DNA of 64,000 bases from Candidatus Moraniibacteriota bacterium. GTDB lineage: Bacteria > Patescibacteriota > Minisyncoccia > Moranbacterales > GCA-2747515. The stretch is taken from assembly GCA_016699795.1 (NCBI GenBank), contig CP065011.1:354474-418473 (forward strand). Direction: 5' to 3'. Below, one piece after another: positions 43,261 to 51,607 of this stretch. Position 1 is the first letter of the stretch. Each line of letters begins with the position of its first letter. A program made the translations under genes and the position numbers. The notes beneath the pieces are model-generated. The model was not told the DNA's origin, did no database searches, and saw only the letters and a list, made by a program, of their open reading frames with translations.

Positions 43261-44526
43261 TTACTTATATCGCAATGCATCTAATGGATCAATTTTAGAA
43301 GCACGTCTAGCGGGAATAAACCCTGTAAAAAATCCAACTCCCGCACCAATTAATATAATAAGGGCCACAAACCATCCAGGACTATAAAAAAGATCTACTG
43401 ATTGTCCTCCAAATCGACTCGCTATCAAATTAAATAACCCATTAAGAGCTACACCCCCGACCTGCCCCAAGAAAACTCCTCCGAGGCCTCCAAGAAATCC
43501 CATAATTGTTGATTCTAGGACAAAAAGAAGGGAAACATCAAAATTAAAAGCTCCGATTGATTTCATAATTCCAATCTCTTCCGTTCGTTCCAAAAGAGCG
43601 ATAGTCATAGTGTTAAACATTCCAATAGCACTAACTACCAAAGCAATAATACCAAAAGAGAGTAATATTACCTGAATAATGCTAAATATTTTATTTGCTT
43701 GATCTACCGTGTCAGAAAGCGAAGAAACAATAAATCCTTTTTCCAAAACAGAATCACGAACGGAAGCCATTTTGTCAGTTGCCTTACATTTTACTTTAAG
43801 AGCAGAATATCGAGGAATCTCTTTAACATTAAGGGAATTAAGATGTACATAAGCAATATTCTCTTCTCCCTGCACGATTCCACTAATAAAATATTTCGTA
43901 GAAGATTCTACTTGTTTGAGAGTGTCCTCTTCTTCATCTTCATTTTCTTTTCCTGTCAAGAAGAAAGAAAGGTCTATTTCTTTTCCAATAATTTTATCAT
44001 CTCCAAAAACCGCAGCAAGAGAAGATGTAACAACAACACCAGACATATTTTCATCAGAAAAAAATTCTCCAGAATTAATACGAAGCCCACCAAGACTAAA
44101 GAATGAAGGCTTTGTTGCTATAATAGGAATATCTAGACCAACTCCATCAAAAATACCTTGAGATGCTAATTCTGCAGCGGGACTCACCTGACTCACATTT
44201 TCATTTTTCTCTAATTCTTCAATTATTGAAGCATTCAAAGGAATAACACTTTTTTTTGCTTCTATAACATCCAGGGTCAAAACAGAATCCTCCGTAGTAA
44301 TTCGATCCAAAAGAGCACTTTGAAGACCATATCCTATGGAAACGAGAAAAAGAACAGCACCAATACCAACACTCATACCAAGTATGGTAAGGAATGTTCG
44401 CATAGCCCTCGCCTTGAACATTCTAACGGAAAGAAGCACTGCATCATCAACTCTCATATTTTTGTTTCTTAATACTAAAACAATAATAGCACAAAAAAAT
44501 ATTTTTAAAAATACCCAAAAAAACAT
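43261..44526 (-). CDS. ABC transporter permease, MacB_PCD plus FtsX-type
   Basis: N-terminal TM, a large periplasmic domain, then a C-terminal 3-TM FtsX-like domain. Adjacent to the ABC ATPase. Confidence 0.75.
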   Translation of the reverse strand: MFFWVFLKIFFCAIIVLVLRNKNMRVDDAVLLSVRMFKARAMRTFLTILGMSVGIGAVLFLVSIGYGLQSALLDRITTEDSVLTLDVIEAKKSVIPLNASIIEELEKNENVSQVSPAAELASQGIFDGVGLDIPIIATKPSFFSLGGLRINSGEFFSDENMSGVVVTSSLAAVFGDDKIIGKEIDLSFFLTGKENEDEEEDTLKQVESSTKYFISGIVQGEENIAYVHLNSLNVKEIPRYSALKVKCKATDKMASVRDSVLEKGFIVSSLSDTVDQANKIFSIIQVILLSFGIIALVVSAIGMFNTMTIALLERTEEIGIMKSIGAFNFDVSLLFVLESTIMGFLGGLGGVFLGQVGGVALNGLFNLIASRFGGQSVDLFYSPGWFVALIILIGAGVGFFTGFIPARRASKIDPLDALRYK

Positions 44527-44627
44527 CTCTTAAAAGCCACTTTTCTTATGTACATATAATATATCTTTTTTTCTTTTTAGATTCTTTTTTTTAAATTCTT
44601 TTACCACAAACAACCAGGTCTCCCCTC

Positions 44628-47600
44628 CTACCCTCCCGTCCAAGCAAAGATTTCTTTGAAGTTCTTTATGATGAGTTCTACAACAGATTCTTTTGTTTGT
44701 GGTGTAAGGGTGATGTAGTCTTTGGTTATGGTTTCATTCCCACTCAGATCTTTTACTATGACTTTGTAAGAGTAGAGAGTTCCTGGTTTCCAAGAGGTGA
44801 GTACAATGATGTGATTCTTTGTTGGGGAAGAACTTACATTCACTGTTTTTTCTTCTCCTGCTCTTCCTTCTTTGTAGATGAGGGAGGAAGAAGCATCTTC
44901 ATCTGTTTGCCAGTTAATAATCATTTGTACTTTTCCGTTTTGTGAAAGAGCGGAGTCGGTAGAGACTCTTTCTACTGTAGGAGAAGTTTCATCTTTTTGC
45001 ATAGTGAATTCTATCTCATCAGAGAGAGTTTCATTTCCCATATCATCTCTGACTCGTACAGTAAGAACGTAGTTTTCTCCAGGAGTGAGTTCTTTGAGGG
45101 TGAGGGAGTGAGTTTGGAGGAGGGAGGGATTTCCTTCACTCTTTTGATCTTCTTCTTTGTTTTTGTTTTTGTAGGTTACAAGAGAGTCGGTAAGAGTATC
45201 AGTAAGGAAGTTTACTTTTGCTTCTCTGTCTGAAAGAACTTCTATCTTGATTTCTTTGATTTGTGGTGGAGACTTTGGTTCAAAGGTAGAGTCGGAAGAA
45301 GAGAAGAGATTTTTTGATTCATCTTCTCCTTTTACTCGGAAGTGGTAGGTAGAGTTTTCTAAAAGATTGTTTATGATAATTTCATGATCTTTTTTGAGTT
45401 CTTCACTTTTTCTTGTTTGTCCATAGTTTTCTGTGTTTCCATATTCAACAATAGAGGTAGTGGGAGTGGAAGTTTTCCATGTGATAGTTGTTTCCCCTAT
45501 TTGTTTGGAAGAAGCTTTAATGGAAGAGATGGAAGAAGGAGATTGCGTTTGGAAGGTTTGTTGGGAGGAGGTGCCTATGTTTCCGGCGGTGTCGAGAGAG
45601 AGGGCGGAGTAGTAGTATTTGGTAGATGGGATGAGGCCTCGGAGAGTTACGGAGTGGGAGGTGGTGTAGTTTTGGAGGGAGGAGTTGACTAAAGGATCGG
45701 ACATTGCGTTTTCCATTTCTTTTGTATTCCCAAATCGAATAGTACTATTCCCCACTTCATCCGTCTCCCAACTCACCACAGCACTCTCTCCTGTAATGTC
45801 TTTGACTTTGACTCCTGAGATAGAGGGAGGAGTAGATTCTGCTTGTTCACTTCCACTGTCTACTTGTTTGAGTTTTGTTGTGAAGCTTTTTTCTTCACTC
45901 TCTATGAGGGTTCCAAGATTATCTTCACAAAGAAGTTTGTAGAAGTAGGTTGTGTTAAAGATGAGTCCTCCAAGATGCAGGGAATGGAGTGTGTCATAGA
46001 TTCCTGTCGCTTCTGTTTGAGGAACTTCTTGGTAGTTTCTTGATTGGGTTCCATATTCAAGGATGCAGTTTGCTGCTTGATCCGTCTGGAAGGTTATGAC
46101 TGCTTTTTGATCAGTGAGTACTTTAGGAGGATCACTGATAGTATGAATCTTTGAAAGAGGTGCATGATTGTATTCTGGATCTAAGGTTGTTTTCATTGTT
46201 TGTATATCACTCTGTGATTCGTTTTGATTGATATCTTTAACACTCACTTGATATTCATACTCTGTATCAGGAGTAAGAGTATCGAGTACCCTGTAGTGAG
46301 ATCTATCGTATGTTGTTCCTTGTTCTGTTTGTGTGAAGGTAAGGCTTCCTTTTTTTCTGTACTGAAGGAGGAAGGATGCTTCTTCATCTGTGTTTGCTGT
46401 AATAACTGCTTTGTCATTTGAGATAAGAGATGTTTGAAGATTCGTTATGGTAGGAGGTGTTTCGTCGAGTGTTGTAGAGAATTGAAAATAGTTTCCTCCA
46501 TTATTGTCATTGGCAATGTTTCCTTGTGAGTCGGTGGAGGTAACGTAGAAATAGTAGGTGGTTCCTTGAGTAAGAGCATCTAAGGTTACTTGATGATTTT
46601 TTGTAAGAACACTTGATCCGGAGAGAGTGATAGGATCGATAAGAGATCCATTCTTGTTTTCACTGTAATGGAGTACAGAGTCTGCAGGGACATTCGTATT
46701 CCAGAATATGGTTGCTTGTGTGTTAGAAGCACTTGATACCGCTACACCACTGATAGAAGGTCCAGGATTCGTTGTGACTTCATATCCATTGCCATTATTG
46801 TCATTGACTCCGGTATTGCCTTGAGGATCAGTAGAGGCAACTCTAAAGAAGTAGGGAGTGTTTGGTGTGAGGTTGGTAAGAGTGACTCTATGAAGTCCTG
46901 ATTGTGCTTGGGTGTCAGCATAGGTAGAGACTCCTGTTTGTTTGGTATAGGTGTTGGGAGTGGTTGCATATTCTACACGAGAGTCAGAGAGTTCATCTGT
47001 TTCCCATGTGATAGTTACGGTTGTGGTGTCTTTAGATTCTACGGTTACGTTGGCAATAGAAGGAGAACTATCATCAACTCCACCACCACCCTCTCCTGCA
47101 TCTTGGATGCCATTTGCTTTGGCAGTTACTTCTTGAGAAAAGAAAGAAATATTTCCGAGTGTATCTTTGGTTCGTACTTTATACGTATAGAGAGTATTAG
47201 GATCAACACCTCCTCCTGAATCAGTAAGAAAGTTTTCTTGAGGAACTGTTCGTATATCATGAGGGTCAGTACCATAAGAACCCCCTTCTTCTTTTCTGAA
47301 GAGTTCATAACGAGAGAATTCTTGAGAAGAGATTTCTGATGGTTTGAAACTAAGAAAGACTCGATATTCAGGAGGAGTAAGATAAAGATTAGAAGTATCT
47401 TGTGTCATGATATGAGAAGGAGTCTCTATACTCTCAGTAGCAATGATTTGTGTTTCATTTCCGTATTGATCTTTGAATTGTGCGTAGACGGTATCAGGAT
47501 CACTTTGGAGTTTGATAGTTTTGTTAAGAGTATGGGGTTCCCAATCAGTATCAGAGAGATCAGGAAAAAGAGAAACTTTCATGAATCGTTGAGAGTCTTC

Positions 47601-49517
47601 AGATACAGAAAGAGTAAGGAGTGATGTGGTGTTGGTATCAAGAAGATCTTGAGTGGATGCGTCTATAGAAAGAGAAGGGTTCTCTGGAATCTTTGTATCC
47701 AATGTAAAGGTATTGGATTCTGCATTTGCTGTATTATTTGCTCCTTCATTGTCCCCTATAGTGACACGAATCTTGGCTGATCCAGAAAGATAGAGATTTG
47801 AGTGAGAAAGTGAAGGAGTCCAGGTAGCTGTGTGTGTTGTGTACGAATCTTGATTCACTGCTTTGTTTTGTACATCTTCGGGAGCTAGAGTATTAGAAGC
47901 AATGCTTTCCCATGAATCTCCATCCCAATAGGAAAAGCTCGGAGTAATAAATCCTGGAGTATTGGTTCCTGTAGTTGTATCAGGATCTTTGACTTCGTAG
48001 GTGATATCTACTGTTTTATCTGTATTGGGAGTAGCAGTTACATTTTGAATCATAGGAGAAGCGTTTACCAGATAGGTAAGCGTTACTTGAGAAAGTGTTG
48101 GAGTGGCTCCGGTGTTTTCATTAGAAAGCCAGGTAGCATACTGTAACCATTGATCATTGTTTCCTTCTAGATGTATGGGATTGGTAGATTCTCCTTGTGG
48201 TGTTGTTTCGTAAAAACTCGAAGCAAAGTCATTGCTATTTGTTGTGAGGGCGCAATCTGTAGGTCCACACCATTTGGAACCATTGTTCCAATCAGGAGAT
48301 CCTGTTAGATCTGGTGCGGTTCGGAGTTGGAAACGTATATTTGTTTGAGGAGGAATGGTTTCATTCCATTCTATTTTGGAGAGGAGGTTGGTAGGATCAA
48401 AAGAGTTAAAAGGAGAAGAAGTGAGGAGAAATGTTCCTAATGGACGCAAGATATAGGAGAGAGTGACATCGGAGATGCTTGGGATATTATCTGCATCATA
48501 CGAAGAAAAGGTAACGGTATATTGAAGATAGCGATTGCCTGTAAATTGGGATATATCTCCCCCATTGGAAATGGGAATCCACGAAGACCATGTTCCGTCA
48601 GGTGTCGGAGTATTTCCTGCACGGAGCTGAACTGAAAGAAAAGTTTCATTGGGAAGATTCTCTGTCCAAGAGATGGTTCGGAAATCTCCGATTTGGGAGA
48701 TGTCTTTGACTATACTTTCACGTGTTCCGCTCCAAAGAACACGATCATACTCCATTCCTACAGAATTAAGTCGTAAACTCGACATTTCTTGGACTGTAGT
48801 AGCAAAAATTGCTTTGTATTGGATCCACATATCATCATTTCCACTCTGAAACAAAGTATCTATTGCTTGCCCTCCAGAACTATCAGAAAAAACACTCATT
48901 TGATCACATGATGACCCTCCATCATTTGGACCACACCACGCAGTCCAATTTGATCCGTTAAAAGATGTTCGTACCCGAAAATGCACTTGGGATGTTGAAG
49001 AATTACCTGATTGTGTCCATGAAATTTTTTCCAATGTATTTCCATAATTTTCACTTCGAAAAGGAGAAGAAATGAGCTCCCCTGTATAGCCTATAAGAGA
49101 AATATCAGAAATACTCGGGATAAAATTCCCATCTGAAGTAGCAAGGGTAATGCGATACTGCCAATAACGAAACCCTTGAAACGATTCTCCAAGAGGAGCC
49201 TCTTTCGTTACCGCAGTCCACATACCATCGGAAAGATCTGAGATATTCCCTGCACGAAGTTCTACGGATATCGATGTTCCTGCGGGAAGTGTTTCCGTCC
49301 ATGTAAGCGCTTCAGCACCTACTTGAAAAGCAAAGTCTTTAATTGCCGATGTATATGTTCCACTTATTGGATCAGCTGCTCTTACTTCACCCGAAAACAT
49401 ACCAAAAAAAACGAAGGAAAACACCATCGCATACATCCAAAAGAAGATTCCTTGTTTCTTTTGTTTTGTTCTATTCATACAAGAGAAAGTATACCATACA
49501 AAAAATATTTCTTCCAA
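44628..49517 (-). CDS. Giant (about 1.6k-aa) secreted or surface protein with tandem repeated domains
   Basis: Signal peptide (start likely at MNRTKQ). Three to four copies of an about 100-aa N-terminal repeat (W-x-E-x-LP...RYLQY...PSISD). Then eight or more Fn3/PAP_N-like modules, each with a motif such as TVTITWETD...VEYA, ATIFWNT...VLHY or AVVSWETD...IRFG. Confidence 0.7.
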   Translation of the reverse strand: MEEIFFVWYTFSCMNRTKQKKQGIFFWMYAMVFSFVFFGMFSGEVRAADPISGTYTSAIKDFAFQVGAEALTWTETLPAGTSISVELRAGNISDLSDGMWTAVTKEAPLGESFQGFRYWQYRITLATSDGNFIPSISDISLIGYTGELISSPFRSENYGNTLEKISWTQSGNSSTSQVHFRVRTSFNGSNWTAWCGPNDGGSSCDQMSVFSDSSGGQAIDTLFQSGNDDMWIQYKAIFATTVQEMSSLRLNSVGMEYDRVLWSGTRESIVKDISQIGDFRTISWTENLPNETFLSVQLRAGNTPTPDGTWSSWIPISNGGDISQFTGNRYLQYTVTFSSYDADNIPSISDVTLSYILRPLGTFLLTSSPFNSFDPTNLLSKIEWNETIPPQTNIRFQLRTAPDLTGSPDWNNGSKWCGPTDCALTTNSNDFASSFYETTPQGESTNPIHLEGNNDQWLQYATWLSNENTGATPTLSQVTLTYLVNASPMIQNVTATPNTDKTVDITYEVKDPDTTTGTNTPGFITPSFSYWDGDSWESIASNTLAPEDVQNKAVNQDSYTTHTATWTPSLSHSNLYLSGSAKIRVTIGDNEGANNTANAESNTFTLDTKIPENPSLSIDASTQDLLDTNTTSLLTLSVSEDSQRFMKVSLFPDLSDTDWEPHTLNKTIKLQSDPDTVYAQFKDQYGNETQIIATESIETPSHIMTQDTSNLYLTPPEYRVFLSFKPSEISSQEFSRYELFRKEEGGSYGTDPHDIRTVPQENFLTDSGGGVDPNTLYTYKVRTKDTLGNISFFSQEVTAKANGIQDAGEGGGGVDDSSPSIANVTVESKDTTTVTITWETDELSDSRVEYATTPNTYTKQTGVSTYADTQAQSGLHRVTLTNLTPNTPYFFRVASTDPQGNTGVNDNNGNGYEVTTNPGPSISGVAVSSASNTQATIFWNTNVPADSVLHYSENKNGSLIDPITLSGSSVLTKNHQVTLDALTQGTTYYFYVTSTDSQGNIANDNNGGNYFQFSTTLDETPPTITNLQTSLISNDKAVITANTDEEASFLLQYRKKGSLTFTQTEQGTTYDRSHYRVLDTLTPDTEYEYQVSVKDINQNESQSDIQTMKTTLDPEYNHAPLSKIHTISDPPKVLTDQKAVITFQTDQAANCILEYGTQSRNYQEVPQTEATGIYDTLHSLHLGGLIFNTTYFYKLLCEDNLGTLIESEEKSFTTKLKQVDSGSEQAESTPPSISGVKVKDITGESAVVSWETDEVGNSTIRFGNTKEMENAMSDPLVNSSLQNYTTSHSVTLRGLIPSTKYYYSALSLDTAGNIGTSSQQTFQTQSPSSISSIKASSKQIGETTITWKTSTPTTSIVEYGNTENYGQTRKSEELKKDHEIIINNLLENSTYHFRVKGEDESKNLFSSSDSTFEPKSPPQIKEIKIEVLSDREAKVNFLTDTLTDSLVTYKNKNKEEDQKSEGNPSLLQTHSLTLKELTPGENYVLTVRVRDDMGNETLSDEIEFTMQKDETSPTVERVSTDSALSQNGKVQMIINWQTDEDASSSLIYKEGRAGEEKTVNVSSSPTKNHIIVLTSWKPGTLYSYKVIVKDLSGNETITKDYITLTPQTKESVVELIIKNFKEIFAWTGG

Positions 49518-49555
49518 TTTTTTTATCTCCTCGAAGAATAAAAATAAGTAACCGC

Positions 49556-50746
49556 CTATCCCTTCTCTCCGTCTCTACAAGGATTCCATTTGGATGTAAT
49601 CCGTAACATTCCTTCAGAAACAGTATAGTATCGATCTAAATTTTTTTTCATCAAAAGATCTATCATTTTTTTTCTCAAATAATAGCTTCGACACCAGCCC
49701 ATACATCCTAAATAAGAATTTACTCGAGAAAGTATTTGGTATCGCTCTCTTGTGTTCAATAAAGTTCTTTTTTTAAAAGAATTTCTCATTCTCCCTATAC
49801 TTATAAAAAAATTCCTCTTTATTCTTGGACCAATATACGTACGATACGGTTTTATACGCACGCCAAGAAAAGAAACCCCATTAAAAAGTGGTTGTAAATA
49901 TATTTTTTTTGGATGAATACTTAAAGCCAAAGAATGGCACAAATATTCAGAAATTTTTGGAAGAATTTCAAGAAGAAAATCTTTCTTCTTGTCCATAAAA
50001 ATCATATCGTCCACATATCGTCCATACCATTTCACACCAAGAGTTTCTCGAACAAAATGATCAAACCCACTCATATATATATTTCCAAAAAGTTGGGAAG
50101 TAAGATTCCCAATAGGAAATCCACTCCCTTCTTTGGCAAAAAACAAACTTTTTTTGCGAGGCAATCCAATCCAATCTTTTCTTTGTCCTTTTATAAAACA
50201 ATTATCTGTTGGATCGTTAAAAATAACTTTTTGAAGAAGATACAAAATTAAATCAAGATTATCTTCTTTTTTCTTCTTACGAAAAAAAGCTGTGCATATC
50301 ATATTCCATAGGATAGTACGATCCATTGACATAAAATATCCCTCGATATCCAATTTCAAAATCCAACATTCTTTCTGATAATTATCAGAACACGAGCGAA
50401 GAAAGTAATTCACACGATCAATTCCACGAGAAGTTCCTTTCTTTTTCCGACAGCTATACGTATCAGCAATAAATTGTTTATCAAAAACAGGGTTTATATA
50501 TTGGAAAAGAAGATGATGAACGACACGATCTCGAAAGTCAGCAGCAAATATCTCCCTCTTTACCGGTTTATGTACAATAAAACAAATACTCGGGCGGATT
50601 TCATACCGACGTTCGACAATGTCTTGATACAATTCCATGATATTTTTTTCGTATTCGATTTCAAAAGACACGGCATTCATAGTCCCTCTTTTATTTTTTC
50701 GAGCAACATAATAGGCAGAGAAAAGATCAAAAAGAAGTTTTTCCAT
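49556..50746 (-). CDS. Diversity-generating retroelement (DGR) reverse transcriptase
   Basis: RT motifs, including GFPIGNLTSQLFGNIYMSGFD and YVDDMIF. The IGxxxSQ motif is diagnostic of DGR RTs. The start is probably the internal Met (MEKLLFDLFSAYYVARKNKRG). A template repeat lies immediately upstream. Confidence 0.85.
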   Translation of the reverse strand: MEKLLFDLFSAYYVARKNKRGTMNAVSFEIEYEKNIMELYQDIVERRYEIRPSICFIVHKPVKREIFAADFRDRVVHHLLFQYINPVFDKQFIADTYSCRKKKGTSRGIDRVNYFLRSCSDNYQKECWILKLDIEGYFMSMDRTILWNMICTAFFRKKKKEDNLDLILYLLQKVIFNDPTDNCFIKGQRKDWIGLPRKKSLFFAKEGSGFPIGNLTSQLFGNIYMSGFDHFVRETLGVKWYGRYVDDMIFMDKKKDFLLEILPKISEYLCHSLALSIHPKKIYLQPLFNGVSFLGVRIKPYRTYIGPRIKRNFFISIGRMRNSFKKRTLLNTRERYQILSRVNSYLGCMGWCRSYYLRKKMIDLLMKKNLDRYYTVSEGMLRITSKWNPCRDGEKG

Positions 50747-50790
50747 AAAAAAACGAAAAAAGTACCCGAAGGTACTCCTTTTCGAAATCA

Positions 50791-50971
50791 ATACTTAAGG
50801 CACCGAACCGTTAACCCGTTAGCGCGGTTGTTGGAATTGGCGGGATTCACACTCCCAGAGTTGAAGTTGAGGTTCAACGCATTTGTACCACTTACACTAC
50901 TCGACCAATAGTTCCCGTTACTCCCCTGATTGTTGAAACTGCCATTGGAGTTGTTCCGGTTGCCCGCGACG
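50791..50971 (-). repeat. DGR template repeat (TR)
   Basis: 181 bp, about 90% identical to 51611..51791. All 18 mismatches are plus-strand T here, which is A on the minus coding strand, against C/G/A in the other copy. ORF-track ORF 50788..51147 is the TR read in the frame inherited from the target gene. Confidence 0.85.
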
Positions 50972-51151
50972 AAAGAATACCCACTCCACTTCTTGTGCAT
51001 TGTCGTAACATCACACAAAACTTCCAAAAAAAATGGAAGAAATTCCTTATAAAGAAACCTCTTTATAAGAGGGGTATTGAATTGATTAAGGGCACTCCCG
51101 CTTTCACACGTAGCAAAAGACGGCTCTCGCCCACATACAAAGAGCATATCG

Positions 51152-51496
51152 TTAGGTACAGCTAGCCTCCCATCCGGTAAGTTGTTTGGAAACCAATTCT
51201 ATGGATTCTTGCAAAACAACAAATTTTTTGAGGCCTATTTGACGAAGATCTTTTAGTATTCGCAATAAAACGCGAATATTTTCAACGCGTTCTCGAGCTA
51301 AACTAATATTCTTTTTTCTTTCTAATCGATCTTTATTGGCACGATAAATACACATCATCATCGTAATCGTTTCGTTTTTTATATGCTCACCCAGAGTAAA
51401 ACGATAATCCCGAGAAAAATTATTCACAACAAGAAAAAGTTCCAGAAGTAAATCATAGCTCGCTTTATATACCGGAAGATTATCGTACGTTGCCAT
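51152..51496 (-). CDS. DGR accessory variability determinant (Avd)-like small helical protein
   Basis: About 115 aa from MATYDNL, predicted all-helical, with a C-terminal GxW (KQLTGWEA) as in Bordetella phage bAvd. Lies between the target gene and TR. Family assignment is by position and weak similarity. Confidence 0.55.
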   Translation of the reverse strand: MATYDNLPVYKASYDLLLELFLVVNNFSRDYRFTLGEHIKNETITMMMCIYRANKDRLERKKNISLARERVENIRVLLRILKDLRQIGLKKFVVLQESIELVSKQLTGWEASCT

Positions 51497-51556
51497 ATAT
51501 TTTTTGAAAAAAATGAATGAAAAATATTTTCTGAAGGAAAAGGGGAAAAACTCAAA

Positions 51557-51573
51557 TTCCGCCTCCGGCGGAA
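51557..51573 (-). other. GC-rich hairpin downstream of VR (possible DGR homing-associated stem-loop)
   Basis: TTCCGCC-TCC-GGCGGAA about 35 nt past the target stop codon, preceded on the coding strand by GGGCGGGG, in an otherwise AT-rich context. Confidence 0.4.
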
Positions 51574-51607
51574 CCCCGCCCAAAATGCAGGGGAGTCAAA
51601 GCAGAAA

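Noticed and set aside
50788-51147. 119-aa ORF whose C-terminus (...YWSSSVSGTNALNLNFNSGSVNPANSNNRANGLTVRCLKY) looks like a second lectin-domain gene
   Set aside because: It is the DGR template repeat read in the frame inherited from the target gene. The upstream part has no domain similarity. It is treated as a TR-containing non-coding segment or gene remnant, not a functional CDS.
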